Source: a virus
Strand: one strand, 5' to 3'
IMG/VR virus record: IMGVR_UViG_3300028563_000014
Span: 23,463-87,462 of that record
Length of the DNA stretch: 64,000 nt
The translations under genes and the position numbers were made by a program. The notes beneath the pieces are model-generated. The model searched no databases and was not told the DNA's origin. It worked only from the letters and a program-made list of their open reading frames with translations. Below are positions 33,958 to 43,372 of this stretch, one piece after another; within the stretch, counting starts at the first letter, position 1, and every line of letters starts with the position of its first letter.

Positions 33958-34245
33958 TCAGCCCTCGTCTTCGCCGCCGTTGACGGCGTAGTCGGTCAGG
34001 TAGGCCGCGGTCATCGCGATCTGCGACCGCTTCACCGACCCGAACAAGTACATCCCGTCGAATCCGTCCTCGTCGATGGCGACGATGACGATCCCGGCCG
34101 GTTTCTCCTTCGCCGCCAGGAGCACGTGCAGGCGCTTCAGCGCGTCCTCCGGCTTGGCGGCGCCCGGGAAGGCCTCCATCTCCCCGGCCTTCCTCCGCCC
34201 GCGCCCAGCCTTCTTCCGCGGCGGCAGGGTCAGGACCTTGGCCAC
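33958..34245 (-). CDS. Hypothetical protein
   Basis: Operon packing. Confidence 0.5.
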   Translation of the reverse strand: MAKVLTLPPRKKAGRGRRKAGEMEAFPGAAKPEDALKRLHVLLAAKEKPAGIVIVAIDEDGFDGMYLFGSVKRSQIAMTAAYLTDYAVNGGEDEG

Positions 34246-34252
34246 GGGCTGG

Positions 34253-34795
34253 CTACCCGCCCCTCGGCAGGTCGGAGATCGCCGCCACCAGCCCGCCCCG
34301 CCCGAACGGGTTCTTGGGCGCCTCGACCCCCTCCTCGCCGGACGGGACCTGAACCGTGTTCGGGTCCCCGTCCAGCGCCAGGGCCTGGACGACGTGGGGC
34401 CCTACCCCGTAGGCCGAGGCCTGGCTGGGCGAGACGATGTCCGGGAGCGCGGCCAGCGCCTTGTCCCACGGATCTTCGACCGCGTGCCCGTCCACGGTCA
34501 GCGGCCGCACCAGCTGGGCGTTCCGGTGGCGCCGGATGGGCACCACGTTCGGGTACGCCTGGGGCGCTCCCGCTTGCGGCTGGTAGGGCGCGGGCGCCGG
34601 GACGAAGGCCTGCGGGGCGGGCGCCAGCTGCGCCAGCCTGAGGACGCCCTGCGCGTCCTGGACGTAGACGTAGCCTTCAGGGGCCGGCGGGAGCTGCGAG
34701 GAGGGGGACGGCGCCCGCGGGGCTGGGGCCTCCTCCCGGGTCGCCGCCGGCCTGCGGCCCCGGGAGGCCCAACGCCTGAGGTCGTCCTGGCTCAT
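34253..34795 (-). CDS. Pro-rich hypothetical protein
   Basis: Operon packing; TACAGT -10 just upstream of the ATG. Confidence 0.55.
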   Translation of the reverse strand: MSQDDLRRWASRGRRPAATREEAPAPRAPSPSSQLPPAPEGYVYVQDAQGVLRLAQLAPAPQAFVPAPAPYQPQAGAPQAYPNVVPIRRHRNAQLVRPLTVDGHAVEDPWDKALAALPDIVSPSQASAYGVGPHVVQALALDGDPNTVQVPSGEEGVEAPKNPFGRGGLVAAISDLPRGG

Positions 34796-35192
34796 GGGGC
34801 AACTGTACCCCCAGCTCCGCCGCCAGCGCTACGAAAGACGGAAACTCGGCCCGGTCGTCGACGAAGCGGTCGGCCCGCGGCTTCCCCGGGCCCTCCCACA
34901 CCGGCACCAGCCCCCACACCCCCTCGGCCCGCAGGAACGCCCTCATCTCGTCCAGGAGCGCCCACTGCTCCAACGCGTCCGGGTCGACCGCGCCGGTCTC
35001 CGCGTAGGCGTCGCCGGCGCCCGGCTCGCCCGGGCACGGGGTCGCCCGGCAGGTGTGGATCACGACCGGCACCCCGGCCACCACCGCGCCCAGCAGGAAC
35101 TCCCGCGCCCCGGGCCGCCAGCGCAGCGGCGCCGCGTCCTTCTCCACCAGCGTGCCGTCGAAGTCGACGGCCGCCGCGTACCAGCCGGGCAC
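34677..35192 (-). CDS. HAD-superfamily phosphatase-like protein
   Basis: Motif I 'VDFDGTL', motif II 'IHTCR', motifs III/IV 'GKPRADRFVDDRA'. Confidence 0.7.
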   Translation of the reverse strand: MPGWYAAAVDFDGTLVEKDAAPLRWRPGAREFLLGAVVAGVPVVIHTCRATPCPGEPGAGDAYAETGAVDPDALEQWALLDEMRAFLRAEGVWGLVPVWEGPGKPRADRFVDDRAEFPSFVALAAELGVQLPHEPGRPQALGLPGPQAGGDPGGGPSPAGAVPLLAAPAGP

Positions 35193-35195
35193 CGG

Positions 35196-36953
35196 CTACG
35201 CCTCCGCCTCGGGGCGCGGGCCCCGCCCGGTCCCCTCGCCCGTCAGCGCGCGCATCGACTCGCCCGTGACCCCGGCCTCGGCCGACGCCTCCGCCTGGGC
35301 CAGCATCTCCGCCTGCTCCCGCTCGACGTTCTGCTGCATCGAGGCCACGTCACGTACCTGGAAGATCGGCCCGGCCACGTGCTTGCTGGCCGTCTCCCGG
35401 TCCACCAGCTCGCCCGCCTTCGCCGCCACCGCGTTCTGGATGTCCAGGCCCTCCTCCTGCGGCGTCTTGCTGAAGTACGGACCCCACTGGATCGAGATCT
35501 GCCCGCCGGGCCCGAGCTCCTGCGGGACAGGCGTCACCTTGCCGTCCGCGCCCATCACCAGGCGGGGAGGCAGGCGCAGGTCGAATACGCCCACGCGCTT
35601 CTCCCCGTCCGGCCCGTCCGGCAATGGGATCGGCTCCGCCGACGTGAACTTGCGGACGATGGCCACGGCGATCTCCAGGGTGCGCACGATGGCCCCGCCG
35701 TACTGGTCGCGCAGCTCGTCCGCGCAGGTGAGCATCGGCTCGAACATGAGCTTGATCGCGAGCGAACTCACCGCCGATCCGCCGACCTCGGCCGGGTCGA
35801 CCATGATGCAGCGGGTGAGGGCCTGGATGCGCTTGTCGAGCTTGTCGGCGAGCTTGCCGGCCGCCTCGATGCCGGCGCCGGTGATCTCCAGGAACCCGGC
35901 CTTGCCGTCCTTGCCCAGCTCCAGCGCGCTTCCCGATCCGAGCGGCACCGGAGAGCCGGCTGCCGCTCCGGACTGCTTCGGGTCCGTGGCCGTCCACGGA
36001 GTCGGGTCGCAGGTCTGCAGGACGCCCTTGTTCATCTGGGAGAGCAGGCGGTCCAGGACGTCGATCATCTTCCAGGCGCCCTCGCAGTCGGCGTCGCCGT
36101 CCAGCTCCTCCTCGTCCTCGTGGTTCTGCACCCAGACGCCGGGGAAGAACCCGAGGTCGTGCTTCGTGTAGAGCGCCGGGTCCGGCGTCCACTCGAAGTC
36201 CTCCGGCTTCGCCCCCTCGGCGCGGACGGGCTTGTACACCACGTCTTCGATCTCCGTGATGATGCGGCGGTAGATCCACTCGACCTCTCTCACCCCGACC
36301 ACCTTGTTCGTCTTCTGGTCGATCACCGGCTCCTCGCGCAGGACCGACCAGGTCTTCAGCATCGCCGCCGGGGTCCAGGTGCGCCGGTCGCGCCAGAGCA
36401 CCTTGCAGTGCTTCGAGTTGTGGACCTCGAGCGCCATCTTGGAATCGCGCATGTGGACCGTGAGCGCGACCGACCCCACCGCGCCGCCCAGGTTGCGCGC
36501 CGAGCGCCACTTCGGCCAGAAGCGCATCTGCTTCCGCAGTTCCTCCAGGAGCGCCTCCGTCTGCGGGTCCTGCTCGACCATCACCTGAGGCAGGCGCTGC
36601 TCGCCGAACAGGAGCCCGGTGAGCCGCCGCACCACCGCCTTCGCCGTGTTCGTCTCGACGCTGGGCTTCTTCTGGCGCGTCGATAGGCCCTGCGCGATGA
36701 CCTCGAACCCGGGCGGCTGCTGCACCACCTGCGGCGACTGGGTCTCCCAGAGCTCCGGCGGCATGCCCCACCAGTCGTACTTCTGGTGGTCGTACTGCTC
36801 GCCTCGGTAGAACGCCTCGTATCGCTCCAACTGCTCGTAGCGCGGCCCGGCGTTGTAGGGCCCGGGGCTCGTCTTCTCCAGGAACTCGCGCGCCTGGATC
36901 TGGGTGAGCGCGAACGGGTCGAGAACTACCTTGCCTTCGGGTGAGTACGCCAC
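35196..36953 (-). CDS. Portal protein (SPP1-like)
   Basis: 585 aa; 'YEAFYRGEQYD', 'HDLGFFPGVWVQN', 'SSLAIKLMFEP', 'IQWGPYF'; upstream of the gpF-like gene. Confidence 0.85.
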   Translation of the reverse strand: MAYSPEGKVVLDPFALTQIQAREFLEKTSPGPYNAGPRYEQLERYEAFYRGEQYDHQKYDWWGMPPELWETQSPQVVQQPPGFEVIAQGLSTRQKKPSVETNTAKAVVRRLTGLLFGEQRLPQVMVEQDPQTEALLEELRKQMRFWPKWRSARNLGGAVGSVALTVHMRDSKMALEVHNSKHCKVLWRDRRTWTPAAMLKTWSVLREEPVIDQKTNKVVGVREVEWIYRRIITEIEDVVYKPVRAEGAKPEDFEWTPDPALYTKHDLGFFPGVWVQNHEDEEELDGDADCEGAWKMIDVLDRLLSQMNKGVLQTCDPTPWTATDPKQSGAAAGSPVPLGSGSALELGKDGKAGFLEITGAGIEAAGKLADKLDKRIQALTRCIMVDPAEVGGSAVSSLAIKLMFEPMLTCADELRDQYGGAIVRTLEIAVAIVRKFTSAEPIPLPDGPDGEKRVGVFDLRLPPRLVMGADGKVTPVPQELGPGGQISIQWGPYFSKTPQEEGLDIQNAVAAKAGELVDRETASKHVAGPIFQVRDVASMQQNVEREQAEMLAQAEASAEAGVTGESMRALTGEGTGRGPRPEAEA

Positions 36954-37105
36954 CCCGTCAGCCTACGCGCCGAAGCCCGAGGCCCGCAATATGCGCCACA
37001 GGAGCTGGCGGATCCGTCCGGGCGGTGGCAGCGGCGGCTCCAGCGCGTACTGGGACGGCTCCACGTCGGCGTAGCCGTCCCAGCCCGCCGTGCTGGCGGG
37101 GATGG

Positions 37106-37552
37106 CTACGACCGTCGGCTGGCGCGCTGCAGGGCCACCCGGCGCTCCGCCTTCGAGACGCTCCGGTTCGCCATCAGCTGCCGCTCCAGTTTCTTTCCGG
37201 TCGCCCATCGGTCGAAGTCCTCCGGTGTCAGGAACTGGGCCAGCAGGTCCGTGGGCGTGAACGCCATCTTCGCCCGCGCGTTGCGCCACTGGCCCTCGTG
37301 CGGGAGCCCCGCGGCCGCGCTGCCGACGTTCACCGGTACCCGCTCGGGCGGCCACCAGACGAACCCGTGCGCCTCCATCGCGCGGGCGTAGGCCTCCGCC
37401 TTCCGCCCGTCCGCTACGCGCGCCACCACGTCGGCGTGCTCCAGCAGGTCGAAGGCCGGGCGCTGATCTACGCTGCCAGCGTCCGTGCCCGCCTTGATGC
37501 GGTTCATCGCCTCGCGCAGCGCGCCCTCGTCGAAGTTGAAGATCTTCGGCAT
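37106..37552 (-). CDS. Hypothetical protein
   Basis: Start at MPKIFNF; plausible composition. Confidence 0.55.
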   Translation of the reverse strand: MPKIFNFDEGALREAMNRIKAGTDAGSVDQRPAFDLLEHADVVARVADGRKAEAYARAMEAHGFVWWPPERVPVNVGSAAAGLPHEGQWRNARAKMAFTPTDLLAQFLTPEDFDRWATGKKLERQLMANRSVSKAERRVALQRASRRS

Positions 37553-37721
37553 CACCAGGTCCTGGTGTCGCTCTCGTCCTGCAGCTGCGCCCGCGCGCCG
37601 CCCTCCCGCCACGCCGCCTGCTCCCTGTCCGCGGCCAGGGCCCGCTCGCGCCCCTGGCGCAGCGCCCGGCTGACGTCGCGGTGCCACCGGTACCAGGCGA
37701 GCAGCCGGCGAAAGAGCGCGA

Positions 37722-38216
37722 TCACTTCCAGGCGCCCGCCCGCTTGTCCAGCCGGGCCGACCCGGACATCTCGCGCTGGCGCGCCATCATCTCCGGGTGC
37801 GTCTCCTGCCCCGGCTTGGCCACCATCATGAAGTCGTACCCCGGCGCCTCCTCCCGCGCCGCCTTCACCTCGTCCGAGAACTGCGCGGACATCGGGTCCG
37901 TCGCCCGCACCGGCACCCGCCGGAACTCCTCGGGCTTGGCCGCGTGCGCGCCGGCCGAGGTCTTGATCAGCAGCACCACCTCGAACGCCTCCAGGCGCTG
38001 GGGCGGGATCTTCGGCTCGGCGCTGCCGCCGCCTTCGGACGAGAGGGGCTTGCTCATGCCGGGCAGGATATCACGCGAGACGGGCACGCCGGGGTAGAGC
38101 TTGGCGATCTCCTCCGCGCTGAGCCTTCGCCCCTTCGACGTGCGCGGGTCACGCCACGGCTTCAGGCTCGGGGCGTCCTTCATGTCGCGGTAGTGGAACC
38201 TGGTCCGCGCCATCAC
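37722..38216 (-). CDS. Hypothetical protein (alternative start at 38057 after TG-A-TATCCT)
   Basis: ORF track; an extended -10 lies 7 nt before MSKPL. Confidence 0.5.
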   Translation of the reverse strand: MMARTRFHYRDMKDAPSLKPWRDPRTSKGRRLSAEEIAKLYPGVPVSRDILPGMSKPLSSEGGGSAEPKIPPQRLEAFEVVLLIKTSAGAHAAKPEEFRRVPVRATDPMSAQFSDEVKAAREEAPGYDFMMVAKPGQETHPEMMARQREMSGSARLDKRAGAWK

Positions 38217-38662
38217 CCCTCGCCCGCTGCCGGGTCCTCCGCCTCCGGCGGCGGCGCGCGCTCCGGGTCCACCACCACCGGAGGGATCCGCACACGCGCC
38301 CGGCCCTGCTTCCCGGCCCCCTCCGGCGGCTGGCGGATCTCGTAGACCGTCATCCGCGCCCCGGGCTGGACCACCAGGAACATCGCCTGGTGCGGGTAGA
38401 TCAGATCGCCCGCCTGCTGCGCGGCGCGCTCCACCTGCGTCAGCGACATCTTCGCGCGATCCTCCGAGGACAGGACGAAGACGAACGCACGCTGGTCCTG
38501 CCCCAGGTCGAAGGCGTAGGAGCGCAGCGGCGCGGCGATGTCGAGCCGGTCGGGCTCGAACGTCTCCAGCACCATCTGGCGCCGGTCCTTTTTCTTTGGC
38601 TTCGGGCGGTCCCCCGGCGGCGCGGGGACGGGCTTGGTCGCTTGGCTCATGCTGGTCATCAC
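38213..38662 (-). CDS. Hypothetical protein
   Basis: Translationally coupled to the TerL nuclease gene. Confidence 0.55.
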   Translation of the reverse strand: MMTSMSQATKPVPAPPGDRPKPKKKDRRQMVLETFEPDRLDIAAPLRSYAFDLGQDQRAFVFVLSSEDRAKMSLTQVERAAQQAGDLIYPHQAMFLVVQPGARMTVYEIRQPPEGAGKQGRARVRIPPVVVDPERAPPPEAEDPAAGEG

Positions 38663-39447
38663 CTCATGTTCAGGTCTCGCCGCCCGTCACCGGCGATGCG
38701 CCGGTTCCCCCACTGGTCGATCGCGGACTTGCAGAACCACGCCGCCATCACCCCGTCCGTGGTGCTGTACTTCGGATAGAGCGAGAACTGCCTGAAGAAC
38801 ACGCACCAGGAGCAATCGTGCCCCTCCGGGTGCCCCTCCCATTCGCCCGACGGGAAGGACCACGCCCGGTTCGAGAACTCCACCTCGAGCCCCGGCAGAC
38901 CGAACGCCGGGTCCGCCTTGTTCTTCCCGGTCGTGTGCGCCTCGACCTTCATCCAGAGAGACGGGTAGGCGGTCTTGCCCTTCTGGATCCAGTCGATCAG
39001 CGAGCCCTGGTACGCGTTGTTCTCGACCATCACGTATTGCACGTTGTGCCGGCCGCAGACGTCCGCCAGCATCATCGCCGTCTCCGGGCTCGACCAGGCG
39101 CCGTGCACCACCTCCGCCACGATCCGCCGCCGCGTGGTCGGCTCCACCACTACCACCACGATGAAGTTGCCCGGACGGGTGGCGGAGGACAGGTCGACCC
39201 CGACGTAGGCCGGCCACATGCGCCGGCGCACCTCGGAGACGATCAGGCCCGGCTCGCAGCAAAGCTTGAAGCTCGGGAACTTCAGGTCGCCGGGCTTGAT
39301 CACCTGCATCCGGAACCCCTGCAGCCACATGGCGTGGCCGCCCTCGTCGCCGCCGCGCGCCTTCTGCTCCAGGACGTCGCGCGGGAACTTGCTCTCCCAC
39401 AGCGGCAGGTCCGGGAGCTTCTGAACGCTGACGGCGCGAGGGCTCAC
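38659..39447 (-). CDS. Terminase large subunit, C-terminal RNase H-like nuclease domain (stand-alone gene)
   Basis: Linker 'PLWESKFPRDVLEQK', 'YVGVDLS' (first catalytic Asp), 'VMVENNAYQ', 'GKNK' and terminal 'TTDGVMAAW'. No ATPase domain. Confidence 0.8.
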   Translation of the reverse strand: MSPRAVSVQKLPDLPLWESKFPRDVLEQKARGGDEGGHAMWLQGFRMQVIKPGDLKFPSFKLCCEPGLIVSEVRRRMWPAYVGVDLSSATRPGNFIVVVVVEPTTRRRIVAEVVHGAWSSPETAMMLADVCGRHNVQYVMVENNAYQGSLIDWIQKGKTAYPSLWMKVEAHTTGKNKADPAFGLPGLEVEFSNRAWSFPSGEWEGHPEGHDCSWCVFFRQFSLYPKYSTTDGVMAAWFCKSAIDQWGNRRIAGDGRRDLNMR

Positions 39448-39608
39448 GTTCTAGCGCCCCACCTCGACCATGCCCTTGAAGCTGCAGCCGCCGTGGAAGT
39501 AGGCGCCCGCGTCCGCGTTCGGGAACTTCTCTCCAGGCTTGGTCTCCATCGGGCCTCCTTGTCGTTCTCGGATCTGCTCTTCTCCAGTCACTGCCAAAAT
39601 AGGCGGCT

Positions 39609-41075
39609 TCACCGGTCCACCGGCCCCGGCAACACCACCGGCCGCTCGACCACCGTGACCGCATCCGCGGCGAACGCGGCCTCTGCCGGCGCCGGGTCGA
39701 CCACCGAGAACGTTGGCACCACCACCGGCGGCGGGCAGGCCCGCAGGAACCGCTCGCCCGCCGCGCCCCAGTCCAGGTTCCGGAACCACGCCTCCACCGC
39801 CAGGTGCTGCCCGGCCCCGCCGTGGTCCGGGACGTACGCGTGCTCGTGGCAGCAGCAGGCGAAGACCACGGGCCAGCCGGCCGGCGCGCCGCCATCGTTC
39901 AGCGCCAGGTTGCGCAGGCGCCCCTCGCCAGGATCCCAGCACGTCAGCGCCCAGGCGTCGGCGCCCATCGCGAGCTGCCGCAGGTCCGCCTGCCAGTCGT
40001 CAACCGAGCCGTACGCGAGAGCCAGCGCAGCCTGCAGCGGCGCCGCGCTGGCTCCTCCGGCTGTCACTCCCGCTACCGCGCCGCCCGCTCCCGCCAGCCC
40101 CTGGAAGAAAATCTCATGCAGGACGGCATCTTGCGCGGCCTCCGTCTCCTCTCGCGCCACCTGCGCGCGCTCCGGCGGCGTCACCTTGGGTTTTCCCAGG
40201 TAATCGGCCACGGTTCCCGCCAGGCGGGTAAACGGCTCCTGGTAGCCGGGCAGGCTGGTGGCGGGGTCGCCGTAGAACAGGCCGAGGCCCGTGACCATTA
40301 GCGCCACCGTCTCCAGCTTGAAGGCGGCGCGCGAGTCCTCCTGGTAGCCCTCCGTGTCCCCGCCGAGCCAGGCGGCGAAGGTCTCGGCCCAGTCCTCGTC
40401 CGGGTGCTTCTGGGCGTAATGGGCCATCTGGCCCTGGCCCGGCCGGTCGAGGTTCCGGACGTAGTCGGCGGCGCGGGCGGGGTCCGGCTCATAGGCGTCG
40501 AGGTACGGGCGAGCGAAGTCCCCGAAGGCGGTGCGCCACTCCGGGTGGGTCCAGCGCTGGTAGGCGTAGAGCAGCGCGTGGCCCGTCTCGTGGCGCAGGA
40601 CCCGCATCTTCTCCTCGTCCGTCAGCGGGTCGCAGAGCGCCGCGGTGACCGGGGAGCCCAGGTACCAGGGCAGGTTCACCGAGCAGGCGCGGTCCGTCGT
40701 CCAGTAGTCGTTGGTCCCCAGGTAGAAGCCGGGGACCCAGGCGATGCCCTTCGCCTGTAGCTCCTCCTGGAGGCGGGTGAGCAGGCCGTTCGCCGGCTCC
40801 TGGAGCAGGGTCAGGTTCAGCAGGGAGACCGGCGTCTCCAGGGTCATCTGCACCTCCTCGGGCGGGAACGCGGCGGCGGCCGGCGGCAGCTTCCAGGCCA
40901 TCGCCTGGCGCCGCTGGCGCGCGCTGGCGAGGCGGGCCTGGGCCCGGGCGAGGACCGCCAGGTGCTGCCGCAGGGCCGCGTCGCTCGTGCCGGTGAGGGT
41001 TCCTACGAGCCTGGCTTCCAGTGACGTCGCATCCTGCATCCAGGCCAGCGTCTCGCGGAGCCGATCTCTTTGCAA
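39609..41075 (-). CDS. Fusion: HExxH zinc metallopeptidase-like domain plus Fe/Mn superoxide dismutase-like C-terminal domain
   Basis: 'LRHETGHA...YAQKHPDEDWAETFAAWL', then 'LHEIFFQGL...YGSVDDW...WALTCWD...CCHEHAY..DHG...VEAWFRNLDW'. Start codon uncertain. Confidence 0.7.
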   Translation of the reverse strand: MQRDRLRETLAWMQDATSLEARLVGTLTGTSDAALRQHLAVLARAQARLASARQRRQAMAWKLPPAAAAFPPEEVQMTLETPVSLLNLTLLQEPANGLLTRLQEELQAKGIAWVPGFYLGTNDYWTTDRACSVNLPWYLGSPVTAALCDPLTDEEKMRVLRHETGHALLYAYQRWTHPEWRTAFGDFARPYLDAYEPDPARAADYVRNLDRPGQGQMAHYAQKHPDEDWAETFAAWLGGDTEGYQEDSRAAFKLETVALMVTGLGLFYGDPATSLPGYQEPFTRLAGTVADYLGKPKVTPPERAQVAREETEAAQDAVLHEIFFQGLAGAGGAVAGVTAGGASAAPLQAALALAYGSVDDWQADLRQLAMGADAWALTCWDPGEGRLRNLALNDGGAPAGWPVVFACCCHEHAYVPDHGGAGQHLAVEAWFRNLDWGAAGERFLRACPPPVVVPTFSVVDPAPAEAAFAADAVTVVERPVVLPGPVDR

Positions 41076-41098
41076 GCGCGATTACGCGCCCGAGCTGG

Positions 41099-41881
41099 TC
41101 AGCCCGCGGGACGGAGCCGGATCTCGGACCAGCGGATCTTCGCGTCGTACCGCCCGTCAGGCTTCGTCTGCGGCGAGATGCACCAGGGCCACTTCCGCGA
41201 GAACGCGTCGACCATCGCCCGCTCCCGGCCGCTGGTCGCGTACACCGGCGCCAGCCCGCCGTCGTTCGACCCGTTCTTCGGGGCGGCGAACCCGACCTGG
41301 CAGGCGCGGACGGCGTCGTACCCGCTGGCGATAACCTGGACGGTGTAGTCCCGGTCCCCCTTCAGCTCGAGCGACGGGTCGTACGCCACCCCGTGGCTCT
41401 GCCCCAGACTGACCCGGTTCGCCACGACCACGTCACAGTAGCCGTTCCGCTTCGCCGGCTTCTTCGCAGCCCAGGAGAACTGCTGGTACTCCAGGGCGAC
41501 CTGGCCCACGTCCTCCGTGATGAGCGCCTGGGCCTCCAGCAGGGCCTCCCGAGCAGACGTCGGCGCGTTCTTGCCGTCGCGCGCTCGGAAGAACCCGGAG
41601 ACGTCGTCGTCGATCATCCACAGCCACTCCAGGCCCTGCGCGCGCCCCAGCGCCATGACGCTGCTCCGGCTGAACGGGAGTCCCCGCCCGTTCCCCGCCA
41701 GGACCACCAGCTTGTGGTCCGGCTGCGCCAGCCGGTACGCCTTCTCCTCGGCCGGCTCGACGACGACGTTCGCCTTGATTCCCTGCTCCGCCAGGAGCGG
41801 CAGCAGCTTGGAGATCTTGGCGCGCCCCTTGGACGGGACGAAGATCGGGAACAGGTCGGTCGCCGGCGTGGCCTTCTTCAT
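41099..41881 (-). CDS. TET/JBP-associated GT-A glycosyltransferase
   Basis: 'PIFVPSKGRA', 'WMIDDDV', 'GDRDY..Q' and 'GSNDGG' motifs; ATG overlaps the dioxygenase stop. Confidence 0.8.
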   Translation of the reverse strand: MKKATPATDLFPIFVPSKGRAKISKLLPLLAEQGIKANVVVEPAEEKAYRLAQPDHKLVVLAGNGRGLPFSRSSVMALGRAQGLEWLWMIDDDVSGFFRARDGKNAPTSAREALLEAQALITEDVGQVALEYQQFSWAAKKPAKRNGYCDVVVANRVSLGQSHGVAYDPSLELKGDRDYTVQVIASGYDAVRACQVGFAAPKNGSNDGGLAPVYATSGRERAMVDAFSRKWPWCISPQTKPDGRYDAKIRWSEIRLRPAG

Positions 41882-42699
41882 ACTTTCTTTTCCGCGGCCC
41901 GGTCGACCGCGCGCTTCGTCTTCACCCGCTGGATGCGCAGGAGCTCGTCCGCCATCGGCAGGCAGTTGCACATGGCCTTCATCGCGTAGAAGACCACCGA
42001 GTAGCGGTAGGACATGCTCGACCGCCGCACGATCGGCGTCACCCCGTGGGCCACGTCGGCACCGTCGAACATGATCAGCGCCGGCTTCTGGAACGAGAAC
42101 CCGAGGCCCAGCTCCGGCATGGCCAGGACCCCGCCTTCCGTATCGAAGCAGAGCGCGTACATCGCCGACCACAGGCCCTTGAAGTTGCCGGAGTCGCGGT
42201 GGTACCGGAGCGTATTGTTCCGGTTGGCGATCCCGGACGTGAACGCGGTCCCGGGGATCCGCCACTCCGGCAGCACCGCCGACACCGCCTGCTCCTGGTG
42301 CGCGTAGCGCCCAGGGTTCGTCGCCCGGTAGACCGCGTCCGCCTTCCGAGCGTACTCGCACAGCACCTCGTGCTGCGCCGGGTGCTGCGTGGCCATCGAC
42401 GCCTTGGTGCAGAAGTCGCGGCGGAGCGTCACCCGGGGCAGCGACCCGAACGTCCGGCTCTCCGTCACCAGCCCGTCCGTACGTGCCGTGTTCTGGAACT
42501 CGATCGCGTTGCAGGCGTTGCGCAGGCCCCACACGTCAGCCGGCTTCATCATCCGGAAGGCAACCACCAGCTCGCCCCCCACCAGGACGTCCTCGTCCTC
42601 CTCCACCAGGCGCTCGTAGTCACTCGCCTGCGCCCCCCGAAACTTCAACGCCTTCACGTCGACGGCGCGCCGCTGGACCTCAGTCCTTCTTCTTCTCAT
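41878..42699 (-). CDS. 2OG-Fe(II) dioxygenase, TET/JBP family
   Basis: 'FTSGIANRN..LRYHRDSGN' (HxD), 'HGVTP' (distal His), 'RYSVVFY' (2OG-binding Arg). Confidence 0.85.
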   Translation of the reverse strand: MRRRRTEVQRRAVDVKALKFRGAQASDYERLVEEDEDVLVGGELVVAFRMMKPADVWGLRNACNAIEFQNTARTDGLVTESRTFGSLPRVTLRRDFCTKASMATQHPAQHEVLCEYARKADAVYRATNPGRYAHQEQAVSAVLPEWRIPGTAFTSGIANRNNTLRYHRDSGNFKGLWSAMYALCFDTEGGVLAMPELGLGFSFQKPALIMFDGADVAHGVTPIVRRSSMSYRYSVVFYAMKAMCNCLPMADELLRIQRVKTKRAVDRAAEKKV

Positions 42700-43372
42700 A
42701 CGTCTCCAAGAGCAGCACCAGGGCGGCGGAGTGGTTGTCGACCTTGCCCAGCTGCATCACGCGGGCGAGCCGGGCCAAGATCTTCCCCATGGCCGCGTCC
42801 TTGAACGGGAAGACGATCTGCCGGATGACCCCCTCGCCGGCCACCCCGGGCGCCAGCGTCGTGTCCGAGCTGCCGCCCGAGGACGCCGCCCTCAGCCGTG
42901 CGAAGGCGTCCTCGTCCCACCCGACGCGCGCCAGGCCCGCCGGCCCCGAAGCCTCGTGCAGGCGCTGCAGCACTGGCGCCAGATCCGCCTGACTCCAGCC
43001 GCCGATCTCCACCCAGCGGTTATCGGCCAGCAGGTAGCCCTCTGCCTCCTGCTCGTTCTTGAACGCCACCCCGCGCAGGACAGGCGCCATCCACTCGCCT
43101 GTCTTCGGGTCGCGCCGGATGTACTTCGGTGGTCGTTCCGCGTCCTCGGCCACGAGGTGCTCCAGCGCCTCCAGCCGGCCGTGGCCCGCCACCAGGCGCC
43201 CGGTCCGCGCGTTCTCGATCAGCACCTCGGCGAACCCGTGCTCCCGGATCGAAGACGCGATCCCAGGGATGTCGTGCTTCTTCGGGTTGCGCTTCGCGCG
43301 CTTGATCTCGGAGAGCCGGACGTACTCGACCAGCGGCATGTCCTCGCCGGCCACCGCGACGGCGGCGGTCAC
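42680..43372 (-). CDS. ParB/Srx-like N-terminal domain protein (paralog 2)
   Basis: 'NPKKHD...IASSIREHGF...LVAGHGRLEAL...YLLADNR'. Start is GTG 43372 or ATG 43339. Confidence 0.8.
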   Translation of the reverse strand: MTAAVAVAGEDMPLVEYVRLSEIKRAKRNPKKHDIPGIASSIREHGFAEVLIENARTGRLVAGHGRLEALEHLVAEDAERPPKYIRRDPKTGEWMAPVLRGVAFKNEQEAEGYLLADNRWVEIGGWSQADLAPVLQRLHEASGPAGLARVGWDEDAFARLRAASSGGSSDTTLAPGVAGEGVIRQIVFPFKDAAMGKILARLARVMQLGKVDNHSAALVLLLETYEKKKD

